This document shows, one piece after another, positions 1 through 14,538 of a stretch of 64,000 nucleotides of DNA; the stretch's first letter is position 1; each line of letters begins with the position of its first letter. This stretch comes from Novakomyces olei (Eukaryota), in NCBI GenBank assembly GCA_016906335.1, contig JADEYG010000015.1, positions 496,001-560,000 on the forward strand, written 5' to 3'. A program made the translations under genes and the position numbers. The notes under the pieces are model-generated. The model was not told the origin of the DNA and made no database searches. It worked only from the letters and a program-made list of their open reading frames with translations.

Positions 1-1457
1 TCATTGGCAAGACTTCACGAATACCTAAAGCGTTTTGCCCGCCAAACGCACGTACGAGATTGTTGTGGCGAGATAAGTCCATGGAGGCAGTAAAATGTAA
101 GCATCTGATGGGGACATTAAATCTAGTGGCTAAAGAAGTCCAATGTCGTCGCGTCTCCCTGTCAGGATTGGTATTATCAACAACAACGGAATTGCCCTTT
201 TCCAGCTCTTGTGTCGCTAACCTTAAGCAGCGATCACGGGTCTTCAATATATCTTGATTGACTCGCACATATCCAAGAGGAACAATATGGTCCACTGTAA
301 AACTACTTTTCCCTGACGATGGAAATCCGACTGTTATAATGATCTCGATAGGCGCTTGCTTTTGAATTCTAACAGATGGCGCACGAGAAGAAGGGTCTGA
401 TTTAGGCTTGTAGAGAGCAGGTACAAAATCGCCCCACGAAATTTTTTGATCTGGTGAATGCCCAAGAAAATATTCTTCGGGAGTGTGAAAACGAAGACCT
501 ATGTTGGCTGCAAACTTCCGGTCAGAGCAAGCGAAATCATGGTGCCGACCTGCCGCATCACCCACACAAAAGGAGCACTCTTCATCTTGAATCTTTAGCA
601 GGGCGACAACAGTTGGAAAATTATAGGGCTAAAGTATACTAGAAACTAATTGTTGAATCGAGAAAAATAAAATTAAATAGTTAAATAAGTTAAAGCCAAC
701 ATCAAAGCATTCACTCAAATTTATTTAAAACAAGGAAGAACAACAGTAAAATATGGGCCAAAGACTAGCCGCGACTTACCAACGCTAAAATCTGGTCCAC
801 AGTTGTCATGAAGAAATTTGACGTACTCGTCCCACATTCGAGTCCTCGGCTTTCGGTATTGATCGTCACTCGTAGCTGCATAGTACAAGCAAGGCACATC
901 TAGCCGATCCAATATGACGCCGATCTTGCGCTGTAAAACCTGATATCGTTTACTCCCCGGCTTATTAGGCGCTCCACGTTGGTTACTGAATATTACAATA
1001 TCGTAGCCCGAGTCTGATAATTCCTTCAAGCGTAAGGGAACTTCTGGCCGCCACCATTCCCAATCGTCAGCAGTCACGGCAAACGTTTTACCAGATTGTG
1101 TTTTTATAATGGTTCCATCCTGCACGTCAGTAAAACTCTTGTTGTTTCAAATGTAAACCCTAACCATATCAAATGCTGCTATTTTCCGTTTGGTTTCAGA
1201 AAAGGAAGTTTGGTCGATTTTAAAGCTTGCCACCGAAAGGCGAGGGTCTGCGTGCCAACTGACTTTGGTTTTAGCTGGCTTGGCTTGAGCGTCATGATCT
1301 ACTTTATGGATACAATTAGCCTCGAATGCAAGGGTTTAGTCGTACATTGTTGAGTGTATGATGTAATTGCTCTTTGTGTTAGAAGTCGCCGCTTGTCCAA
1401 AGTCTGTGAAGTATCTTTTTTGCTAATAGCGCCGGATTCATCTCGCTGCCTCTTCAT
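1..1457 (-). CDS. PNK1: Bifunctional polynucleotide 3'-phosphatase/5'-kinase (Pnk1/PNKP), multi-exon, runs off the left edge
   Basis: HAD motif AAFDM|DGT split by an intron near 1122-1165; SNQ and RKP motifs in ORF 721-1125; kinase P-loop GFPSSGKS near 300-330; ATG at 1457. Confidence 0.9.
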
Positions 1458-1733
1458 AGCCGTCCCCACATCTCTAAAGTCTACTCTTCTATTGACGAAT
1501 TATATATACATTAATCTGTATAATCTGCTATTTCGCATCGATGACAGTTTGTCGTAATGTACAAAAATAATATATAAAGTATATTTAACAGTATTTATAT
1601 TTATATATATATATTCATATATTTATATATTTTTTTTATAAAGTATTTTATATTTTACACAGTAAATCATCCAAAGTGCCATACGAATGCGACTTCCAAA
1701 GCACTGACGACTGTGACTGGCATTAACTGTAAA

Positions 1734-2687
1734 ATGGTACAAAAAATCTCCATTTTTCATTGCTAACGCAGTCTAGTCGCGTTTAGAAATTTTATCGCCT
1801 GAAGGGTTACGCTGCGACGGACGGCGGTGGAACGAGCTACGTCGGTTTTCGAGTCGTATCTCTGTTCGGCCATCGGCGGACGGGTCAAGCTATCTGGAGC
1901 ACGGCAATTCTAAAGTTATATGCACCGTACATGGCCCACGTGAGCCTTCTAGGCGCGGGCAAATTTTACAAGACCGCGCTGCTATCGTGGCAAGCATATA
2001 CGTAGCGCCCTTTTCTACGTCAGATCGCAAAGTTCGCACTCGAAACGACAGGTACATATAGTTCTGGAGTCACATGCATTTAAAAGTATACTAATGCCGA
2101 AAAGACGTATTCAGGAAATGGCCTCGGCGCTGGAGAGGATATTTGATAATGCAGTAGAGACGAGTCTCCACCCACGGTCACAAATTGAAATCTCTATTGA
2201 AGTCTTGGCTCAAGATGGAGGTAAAAAGTCTATTTTGTTGCGTACTAAGCCTAATCCAAAAGGCATGTTCCAGGCTTGTATTAATTCTGCTACCCTGGCA
2301 CTAATTGATGCCGGAATACCGTTGATTGACTATGTGTGTGCTTGCACGGCCGGCATGTTTGGCGTGGAACCAATATTAGGTACAGGATTTTTTCTGCATC
2401 TTGTTCAAATGCTTGTGTTTTTTATTTTATTTTTTTCTGTTTTCCATCGGTGGTATTGACCATATTCAGATTTAAACAACGCAGAGGAGTCTGATGTATC
2501 ATGGCTAACTGTCGCTTGCATCGGCGACACTGATCAAACCGCGCTTGTGCAGTTGGAGACGAGGATAAATATAGACCTTTTCGAGCAATGCCTTTCTGTG
2601 GCGATTAGTGGATGCCATCATATCCGTGGATTGCTTGACCGTACTGTTCGCTCTGCCGCCGGCGAGTTCTTGAAGCATACCGTATGA
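1734..2687 (+). CDS. RRP41: Exosome RNase PH-like subunit Rrp41/Ski6
   Basis: ATG-only first exon (1734-1736), intron 1737-1776, then SRLEILSPEGLRCDGRRWNELR; later QDGG and ATLALIDAGIP; stop TGA 2685-2687. Confidence 0.93.
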
Positions 2688-2988
2688 TTAACGCCTGAAC
2701 AGCGAGAGTTTCAGGCGACAGTTTATGACTGGAAATATACGTATAATCCAATGTACATACTCCTTTCCTATCTTTGTCTATCATTCATTCGTGGCCTCGA
2801 GTCTGCCGTGTTTGATGTTCCATCGTATAAATCACTGTACAAATCATTGTATATTATCTAGTACATGCTATTTTATAAAGATTATAATCTATTATAATCT
2901 ATTATAATTTATTATAATTTACTGTAAATAATTTAATGTATATATATATTTGAATATAGGCACTTGTAGCAATCTCACCACCTTCCTA

Positions 2989-4870
<1,882 letters not shown>

Positions 4871-5599
4871 TTGTTCAAGTATATGCATAATAGGCTCTTT
4901 GAAAATCAAATGAACATGTTTAGAGCTCAAGACTGGGATTTATTGGGAAAGTCAATATCGGAAAAGCTGACCATCGCGATTTTTTTTTCTTTTTTTTTTT
5001 TTTTTTTGGTATTATGTATATATTATATATAATTTCTATAGCTTTTGCGAAATTTTTATAATTAAGCCTTTAAGAATAATGCCTAAATCTACGCTGGATT
5101 CTTATTGCCCTCGAGTTTATTAATCTCAATGCATTATCAACACTTGTTAAACATGTACACCTAGCTAATACGTGCATACCCAAAGCACGATAGCAATCCA
5201 GACGCCCTACAAGCGGGATAGGGAAAAAAAGAAAATTAAAAAATCCGTGGTAAAATGATATAAATCCCAGCCGATGACACAAACAAGCGTGTACAGGGAA
5301 GACGAGCAATCTGCGCGTTTGCAGTAAAATACTTTCACAGGCAGGCCATAAATGAAAGCAGCTCTTGCCCTATAATATCTGCAAAAAAAAATTCAAAACC
5401 GCCAGCAGGACAGGAAATACCGCTAAATGTAAGTATCCAGGCAAATCCCTAATGACCACCCCAAAACTTCTGTCCACGATATCTCGTCAATCTCCTCGTC
5501 CCCGCTCTCTCACTCCTGATCAGCTCAAAATCTCTCAACCCTTTCATCTGCTCACATCTCCTCTTTGAATATTCTGCGACAAAATGCCAAGTAGCCCTA

Positions 5600-6202
5600 T
5601 CAATGTTTTGCAGCAAATAGATCTTTTTCCACGTTTCGAGCAGCACTTGTCTGGCTTGGTAAAGTCTCGCCACGTAACAGAGAGCTCTCCTTGATCGGTG
5701 AGCCTTGGCCCATCGTTAGCGCCGTACCAGACGTGCCCACAGAATGAGGTATTGATTCTGGTGAAGGGATCTCTTTGCCAATGTTTGTGATGCCAGCATT
5801 GGAAGCCCGCCCGGCCTTTGACAAAGCGTAGTCTCCAGAATCAAAGTATTTACGTTCCTAAAAAGGTCAGTATCTACAATTCATAGTACTCTGTCATTTC
5901 AAATATCTTATTTTATTTTCTAAATATTTTTGTAATTTATTTTAGAGTATAGTCATTTTAGAGCTTTATTCATTTATTGAATTGCCCTCTTTTTCGTGGT
6001 CGACTTCATATAGCATACCTTGAGCTTGTTTTGCAGCAGATCTTTACGCTGCGGAAGACGTCCGTACATACGCACGAGCCTCTTCTCCTCTTCGCTTAGT
6101 TTCTATACAGCAAATTGTTATTAGCCAAGTACAGATATGTTTGACAAGACACATGTAACTTACGCTCATATCAATATCCGGGACTGCACGCGGTGCCGCC
6201 AT
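5600..6202 (-). CDS. IGO1: Endosulfine / ARPP-19 family PP2A-B55 inhibitor (Igo1), 3 exons
   Basis: MAAPRAVPDIDMS | KLSEEEKRLVRMYGRLP...LK | ERKYFDSGDYALSKAG; contains the FDSGDY Greatwall/Rim15 site. Confidence 0.92.
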
Positions 6203-6937
6203 ACTTGTCTAGAGCGTATAGCTCTTTAAAAGGCCGTTTAACTGATCTGAATGACAATAATAATTTTGATTCTTTTCCAAGCAATCAAGACGGTAGACTC
6301 TCGTTGTGCTTCTCGAAGGAAAGAAACCTATTCTCAAATCCACGTTGCCACACGTTATCGTCTCTTTCCCAAATATTTAGCTCATCCTAGCTGATCATTA
6401 GGGTTTTCTGGCGTGGGGTTTATATAGGGTTTTCCCGGTGGATGGTGTAATTTTCCCGTCAGAAGAGCAAATTGCGGCTTAAACGTGATAATTAGTATTA
6501 TAGTCTGTTAATCTTATTGCTTGAACATCGATTGTAGGTTCTGCGCGGAGATTCAACGTTGATGTCACACGTGTTATTTAATTAGCTCAAAAGCTTTGTG
6601 TTGATATTCCTTTCTCTACTTCTATAGCCAATGTTGTACGTCGTTACAATGCTCATATATCGACCTCGATACGTTAACAAACTATTTTTTCCGATTTCCT
6701 GAGTAATAATATATAAACAATGATCGCACAATCAGTGACGCCAATATGCTGTCAGATTATAGGCTTATCTGTGTTAATATTATCAAGATATAATTAGAAC
6801 CGCGACATTTTATTCAATCGATCAAACTATTATCGAAATCGAACTGCTACTGTTTGGGTTCAATGAAATCACGATAAAAGTACAAAAAGATAAAGCAATA
6901 TATAGTTCCCAAACCTTTGCCAAACGACGACTTTATG

Positions 6938-6949
6938 ATAATAATAATA

Positions 6950-6985
<36 letters not shown>

Positions 6986-6987
6986 AA

Positions 6988-7018
<31 letters not shown>

Positions 7019-7022
7019 AAAA
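6938..7022. repeat. Compound (AAT)n/(AAAT)n microsatellite
   Basis: Directly visible. Confidence 0.9.
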
Positions 7023-7146
7023 ATGAATAACAAGTTCATTTTATTATTATTAAACTCACGTATGGAATAGCGCGACACGCAGCGCCACCTTTGTTGCTGA
7101 TACAAAAGTCTTATTAATGCCGCACAAATAGTGTACTATTGCAGAA

Positions 7147-7374
7147 ATGTGGGGCAAAATGGTGAATGGGTTTCCGCCCTCGCCGGCCGATATGAACCTG
7201 ATCGAATACTTCAATTATCGCTATGAACTTGCCTTTGGGCTCTACTTGATGACACCAACCGAGATTCTTATTTTCAACTCGATCACATTCGTCATTCTTT
7301 CCGGTATTCTTTGGGTTACAGCAGAGTACTTCATTTGGCCCGCTCGAACTGCCGTCGTCAGCTATGTGTTTTAG
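7147..7374 (+). CDS. Small membrane protein, probable serine palmitoyltransferase small subunit (ssSPT/DUF3317-like)
   Basis: 75 aa; YRYELAFGLYLMTPTE..IFNS motif followed by a TM helix. Confidence 0.75.
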   Translation: MWGKMVNGFPPSPADMNLIEYFNYRYELAFGLYLMTPTEILIFNSITFVILSGILWVTAEYFIWPARTAVVSYVF

Positions 7375-7897
7375 ATTGGGAGTGGGAGAACAGCTCTGCG
7401 CTGTTTGGTTCTATGCTAAATTAACGAGACATTTATACATAAACAAGCATATGTCGATCCATGTGCATCGAGATAATGAGAGCGGAGAGCGGAGAGCGGT
7501 GACGTGTACGACTGCCACATTATCGGCGTGGCTCAATTTCTACTTTTTTTAACATCTCTATCTAATTGTATTACTAGAGTTTTGATTTGTTGTTGCGCTT
7601 TTAATGTTGAACATAGATCCGTTTGATACAGTGACAAAGACCTTTTACGCTTACAAGTATTGATTAAATAAATATTTAATTATATGATTATATAAGAATG
7701 CGATCTACGCTTACCCAAGTTGCCGCCGACTACCCGTGGCTTCTATAGCAAACGGGAAGTAAGTTAAAATCAAGGTAGAAATATTTAAATATATTACTAT
7801 TCAGAAAATGAAAAAATGAAAAAATAATTGGGATTAAAGGTGATAAAACCGATTCCAAAATTAAAACCCCCAGTCAAATAATGCAATATAATCCGGT

Positions 7898-9445
7898 TCA
7901 ATCGCTCTCCAATTTCTGAGCTTCTTTTGATCCTGATGGGTCTACTAGTCCCATACGCGCGGCCACGTACCTTTGGGCGACTACTCCCACAGCGAGAGAA
8001 AGAGAATCCTCAAACCATTCACTGGTCCATTCAGAGGGACGGATAGCATTGTCAGAGAACCGCTGATCCAGCTCCTTATCTGTTTGCCAGATATTCCATG
8101 CAAAAGGAAAAGACTGTGACTGTGTAATAAACGAAAGAGAATGCTCTGGGTCTTCAAGGTACACGACAAAATTTAAAAGCTTTTCTGCTGTTTGCGCCTC
8201 TGAAGAATCTGAAGATGTAGCAGCTGTTGTTTTAGGAGTAAATAAAGACTCAAAGGCACACGCTTGAATGCCTAAAGTTATATTGGAAACGTGTACGGGA
8301 ATCTCCGGCCTAGATTGTTTCCGTGATTCGTCCTCATCTCGTTTTCGGGCCCGAATCGCCTGTTCTACATTTGCTTTTACAAGTTTTATCGCGTTATCAA
8401 ACCCCTCCACTGGATGCAAGTCACGCTGCCGCTCCAACTCTGAATTCCGTCGACGCCCATCTTTGCCTTTCTGCACAACCAGCTCCCCTCCTTCAACCTG
8501 ACTCATTACCTGGCTGTTAGTATATTGATTTTTGCTTTTTAAAAAATCTGATTCATTTCAAATTTGTTGTCTTCTTTTTACGCCTCAATTTTTGTAGTTT
8601 AGATTTAATTTTGCTATTTTTTAATTCTTCTTTTATTTCGTCCCTTTGCTTAATCTTCTCCCCAAGCTTACCCTTTCAAAAACGGAGTAAACAACATTCT
8701 CCAGGCGCGGGTATCCCACCATATCATGATAGATAGCGACTTTAAGAACCTCGTGGGCCGCAATAGGCGGGGCCACCGTGTTTAGCACATGATTAAGTGT
8801 GGAAGTTAGACGCGACATTGATAAAGTATTGTTTTGCTGGACAATATTCCTCATTTTCTCCTCCCATCGTTTACGCTCGTCAGACTGCTGAAGCTCACGT
8901 ACCCGTTGTTCCGCAGTTTTTACAGCCGCCGAAGCCTGCCCGATAATCCCGCCCAACTGTGACCATCCCCAGCCTGATCCGGCTGATGCTCCTGCTGCAA
9001 AAGCAGAGGCCTTTGCCGGTTCGGCAGTAGCCTCTGCTCCAGAATTTTGCGGTGCCGTAGTATATGACGCAGACTCTTGCTCCGCTTTTTCAGGCACTCC
9101 TCGTGCAGGCTTTGGCGAATCCTGGCCGGACGGTTGAGCAGGCGCCTCAGCTGCTAAAGGCTCAGGTTTAGTCCGCTCACCTGTAGACGATCCGGACTTT
9201 GTAGAGTCCCTGTTTAAAGATGGCTCTGCCGATTTCTCACGCAGCCTTGAACGGGGCCGATCGCGCTTCGTGCCTAGTTCATCGAGGAAGTCTAAAACTG
9301 CCTTTTCGTCTTCGCCAGCTGGAGCGTCTGACACAGCCGTGGCTTCCGCATTTTCTGCATTAGTCTCTGCTCCAGCATCGTCAATGCCTTCAAACATGGA
9401 CATTACATCGCGTTCTGAGCCTTTGGCCGTAGTTTCACGCGACAT
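7898..9445 (-). CDS. MTC1: Mtc1 (maintenance of telomere capping 1) family protein, 2 exons
   Basis: APPIAAHEVLKVAIYHDMVGYP..VVYSVFER|VMSQVEGG across intron 8510-8671; C-terminal GVVAQRYVAARMG. Confidence 0.88.
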
Positions 9446-9815
9446 TTTATTCGTATTGCCGTGATCTTTTACGCATGTGACGCGTGGAATTGGGTCAGTC
9501 TTTTTATTAATGGATTTATCTGCAAGTACAAGGTCTCGAACATGTACAAAATAAGTTTTGTATACTATATTATAGACTGAATTAAATTTAATATTAGAAT
9601 TCAATTATAGAATTTTAATAGAATTAAATTATACAGAATTAAATGCAAAATTATAGGATAAATTTATACGTATAATAAATAATCAACTAGCGTGGCAACT
9701 CGATCAAGGGACAAAAGTCAATCAAACAAGACTCTAAACCATACTATCAATGACAACACCTGCTCGGCAACAAGGTTGAAGCCATTATGAAAGCGAGCAA
9801 AAGTCATGGCCGCCT

Positions 9816-10487
9816 TTACATGTTCTTCATATGTACAAACAGCGATAATTGAATCGCATCTTCAATGCCAACCACTGTCCCACTTGGTGCAAGACGCTTT
9901 GCTTGCTTCAAGAGCTCAGTGTCATACAATGATAATTCACGTACCCTTTGCAGAGCGTTCACAGATTCACTCTGGGCCAAGGTCGGCGACCTGTACAGCA
10001 TATTCAGAATAGATTGTGTAATCCTGGGGACAGAATCAAAATTCAAGTCATAAAGCTGTGGATCAGTAGAGGGTAAAGCATAGAAGTTAAAGCCAATTTC
10101 ATACGCGACCGAAAGATGGAGAAAAAGCATTGGGTGCACAGCACGAGAGCGGGCCAGAAAGAAAGACCATCAGGCACTCAACTATCAAATCATGCAGCTC
10201 TGACATTTTGGCTTTGTCAGTATTGACTGACTCTTTTCGAGTCAGGTCATATACTGCAAAACTCATTTCTAAGCTAGCCAGCAAAGGCAGTTTCAAGCCG
10301 GTAGGAAGATCCCAGATCGGACGGCCTGGACGACGTGAAACCGTGTCTTTACAATAATAAACCCCGATTAGTTATTTTCAAATACAAAACAAAAATCTTG
10401 AGAAGCACACATTCGTAAAAGAAAGTGTTTTGTATACTGTCACGCATAGCATTCAAAAGTTTCGGCCTAACCGGCAGCGGCGTCCAT
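9816..10487 (-). CDS. Hypothetical multi-exon protein
   Basis: Plausible introns (e.g. GTATGA...ACTGAT...CAG, about 10057-10104) join ORFs 10099-10296 and 9816-10139; 5' exons uncertain; no family recognised. Confidence 0.45.
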
Positions 10488-12025
10488 GTCTTTAGTTAGT
10501 CGTGTTGATCTATTGGCGCATCAAACTGATAAGTTTATTTCATTTGCCAAGATTCAACTCTCTCGAATCTTTAATGTCTTGAAACTTTAAGCTTTGAAAC
10601 TTGAATCGTCTCAAGATTCTTGGCTGCCGACTTGCAGAGTCTTCCAAATTTGTAATTTTATTTCCTTACGGGACAATCATTAATCGCTGATGGCGCAATT
10701 GTGTCAATTGTGTCTAGCGTAGCAATATTTTCAGAAGCGCAAGCAACTGCCACGTGCATCTAAGCAAAGGATGTTAGAATACGTGAATAACAGGACCTTG
10801 GAAGAAATCAAGTAGAAAACAGCAAGAGTCAATTATCTGAATAAAAGCCGTGATAAAGTACTGGAACAGATAGAGGAAGGTTGCAGAGATACGGCAATCC
10901 TCCTCCCTCGTCCTTCTTCAATTCGCCGTCGTTCCCAAAATCAACAGAAAGCCCAGCATCAAAGCACACAGCAAAAGAGTTGGGTGACTTTGCATAGAAT
11001 CTAGGATGGACGAATGTTGAAATGCCCATTGTCTGCTCAGCAAGCCGCACTTGTCTCGCGTTTTAGTTCCGAATTACAAACAAATCAAAGGAGCGCTATG
11101 GCCGCCATTAAGCATATATTTATATCTTCATATATTTATTTATTATTTTGTTTTGTTTTGTTTAATAAGCCTGCGGGAGTGGGGGGGGTTCTTTGTTTTT
11201 TTTTTTTCTTTTGTTTTTTGTTTTATCTATAACGCCTTGTTCTCATACAGTATACTCACTCTATTAGCCGGTTAACTTGTGACTAGTTGTCAATTTTCTA
11301 ACCTTGGCCATCTTGGTTTTGATTCCATGATGAAATTTATTGTTCAGATAGGAGTGTATAGAGTATTTCTGGCTCCACTTTAAGCCCACGTTAAGGCGCT
11401 GTAAGTTTACTATCACACTCGAATTCATACAGGGAGCTGTGCTTGAAAAGACATTGATAACGCCACTATATTCCGATAATGTTAAGAAATGAGAAATCAG
11501 GCCTCGTAAAAAAATACGTAATAATAAAGCCATTGAAGGAAAAATAATAATACTAATAATGTTAAAAGCTTGATTCTTACATGAGATTAAACAACTTCGT
11601 CCATTCACAATCTTTTCTGCGAGACTAGCAATCCATCGATCATCTATACGCGTCACTGACGATCTTAAGAAGATGAAAAAAAAAAAAAATGTATCAATCC
11701 ACAACATCCGCATCAAGGCTTTGAAGAGCTTTTCGCATACTGACCATTTTCGGTCGCCTTGTATTAAAGCCCAACAGGAAACTTCGTCCCACTTCCCAGC
11801 AGGCGCCATTAAAGAGCTTTCGACTAGACCAAAAAAGGATACAGCCACAAAGCTTCAATTGTATACGGCTTTGCCCTACAGCAACTCGACCATGTTTGAC
11901 CTCGATTACAAACGTTTGAATTTCAAGAGGAAACAGTTAGGAAAAAATTAAAAATTAAACTAAATTTACAATCATACAACGACAAGAATGATGAGGACGA
12001 TGAAAAAGAAACGATGACAAGCCAA

Positions 12026-12754
12026 TCAGTTCAGAGTGACAGGAACTCCGCGGGAAGACGGCCGTTCTATCAAACTCACAGGCGTCCAGGCCAAAGTCTG
12101 GCGACACGTCCCAGATGGGTTTTTCTGTTCCATCGGTGCAGATTCATAATTTGTCATAAAGGAGATGTCACCACTTCTTTCCTTCGGATGAGCAAAAGTA
12201 CGATACTCGTCCACAATATCCTCGTTTTTCCAGCCCTGACACCTTCGCAAGCACCCTACGACTGTGCCAGTACGGTGTTTCCCGCGATTGCAGTGAATCA
12301 AGATGGGATAATTATCAGAGTTCTGAATTTCTCGCACGGCTCGGCTCACTAAATCTTCACAGTCATGCTTGAACGCTTCCTTGTGTCCCGGTATACCAAT
12401 CTGGATAAACCGAATATTCTTCGAGGCTAAAAACTGTCTATTTGCCCGAGGATATTCTTCCGGAGTCAGCGCAATTACTGTACGTATCCTGAATCGATCG
12501 TATACGTATTCCAGGTTTGGAACAGAGGGAAAAGCAGATCGATAGAGTAAACCCTCCTTGACTACTCCAAAGTTTTGAGGAGCACATGGCGGACCTTTGT
12601 TCTTTTCGTCTTGGTCAGATTCGGGCGAAGCTGGTCTTGTGCTTGTTGTCGAAACTGACGAGCTTGGATCAATCAATGCAGAAGTTGTCATCACGGGCTT
12701 GGTGGGTATAATCCCGGTCTTGCAACGGCAGTTCTCGTCGCTACAGATAAACAT
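12026..12754 (-). CDS. SIW14: Siw14/Oca-family atypical dual-specificity (inositol pyrophosphate) phosphatase
   Basis: PQNFGVV..LYRSAFP, HCNRGKHRTG active-site motif, EYRTFAHPKER. Confidence 0.85.
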   Translation of the reverse strand: MFICSDENCRCKTGIIPTKPVMTTSALIDPSSSVSTTSTRPASPESDQDEKNKGPPCAPQNFGVVKEGLLYRSAFPSVPNLEYVYDRFRIRTVIALTPEEYPRANRQFLASKNIRFIQIGIPGHKEAFKHDCEDLVSRAVREIQNSDNYPILIHCNRGKHRTGTVVGCLRRCQGWKNEDIVDEYRTFAHPKERSGDISFMTNYESAPMEQKNPSGTCRQTLAWTPVSLIERPSSRGVPVTLN

Positions 12755-14538
12755 TGTCGAAGCGTGGACGGCCAATCGTTTTTGCTAAAATGTCCGTCTA
12801 TTTGCCCCAAACGGATTGTTTGTCAAACTTTTCTCGCCTGTAAGACTTTGCGGGATCTTAAGATTATAGTTCTTCCAAGCCCCTATGTCAAGCAGTAAGT
12901 GGTGCCTTTCTTTTGAACAATTCGAGCCCGAAACGACGTGCTGTACTGCAAACTTGAGGCAAATGAAACAGAAGACTAAACGAATTAAAAGTCAATACTC
13001 TCTTGAGGACTTTTGCAGTCGAACAAAAGGCAATTTCTTTGCCAGAAACGTTTTGCTTCCGCCTAGAAAGCTCTCAAATAATCCCAGGCCTGATATCAAG
13101 CGCAAAATCAGAGCACTTTTAAAGAGTCGGCAGGTACAAACGACCCGGAGACAGGTATTAAAGGTTCCGATTGCTCCGTTAATAGGTTGCTCCAGGTAGG
13201 CCTTTGTATGTGCCAAAAAAACGCGATGAATCGGTAAGGCGGCAAAGGGCGTAAAGATAGAGGCAAACCCAGCCTTACTGGTTCAAATTAAGCATCGTCG
13301 GCATTTTCGATTCTTGATGAGGAACAATCGTCGAAACCGTTGGACTCGTGTGCCACAAAAAAGACTGCAGTCAGTGAACCCCGACGGTGAGCAGTTGAGT
13401 AGCGATAATATTGTCTCCGCAAAGACAGGAGACGAGTCTTCAAATGACGTCTCTGTCGTCGTTTAGCCGATCACGAACAGGCGCTCGCAACGCCGCTAAA
13501 GAGCGAAGGAGTTGAGATTGCCACGAGGCAAATTTCAGCGCAACTGCGCACTTGACTGTACACTTTTATTTATTCATAGCTGGTGGACACTATTATACGT
13601 TTTTTATGCATTTTCTTTTATGTTTTTTATGCTTTATGCTTTTTATGCTTTTTATAATGTATACTTTTTATGCGTTTATTTGTAATGTGGTGATTAATTA
13701 AACGTACGAAATTGCACCATTCCAAGTAACTTTTTACCCTTTTGCACAACCGTGTTACCCGTTTAAAAACTCTGGGCTTTGAGTAACATTATGATTGTAA
13801 TGTGTTTGTTACATCGGCCCGCGTACGGACGGAGAAACGGGGATAAAACATGTTTTCGCAGTATGCTAATATAGTAATTTTACTTCGTCGGTCGGTGGTT
13901 AGATTGACTTGACCGGAATTGTTTTTTGCTTTAGAATCGTATACCAATCCAGAATATCGGACCGATGACCGTTATTCTCGCGCCATACCGAAATTACGCA
14001 GCAGACCGGGGCTCGGAATTAAAGTACGGCAGGAGGCAGTGGTAGGCGAGAGCAGTATAGAGTAACAGGCAATGTATAATAAACACGTTAAACTTGTGTT
14101 TTGCGTAAGAGACGGCTTTGTAAACCCTGCCAAGAGTGGAACATACTTTCTCCGACTCGAGCCTAGAAAATTCCGCTCCCGTAGTGTGAAAGGTCGTTGT
14201 TACGTATGTGCTTGCGCGCGTGATAGTATATCCTTCAAATCCGTATATAATTTAGCGTAAGGCTAATGGCACAGCGTCCACTAAATAAAACTCCGTACGG
14301 GGATAGTACGAGAAAACTTTGGACGCTTTTCCAACTGGGCTATCATAGTGTAAGCTCTGGCAGTGCTAGCAGCATCGAGTGCTAAAAGCATGAAATAAAA
14401 GCTAAAAGATGGAAGCAGGTTCAAAAAGTATACACATTCTTGTTTATATTATTTAATCTGTGTTTAATCAATTTAAATTACAAGTACTTGTCTTCATTAA
14501 TGTTGAATAAACCAAACCTCCTCATTTCTAGTGCCTGT

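Noticed and set aside
12885..14260. Short ORFs between SIW14-like and MES1
   Set aside because: No recognisable motifs or consistent splice structure; likely promoter or UTR
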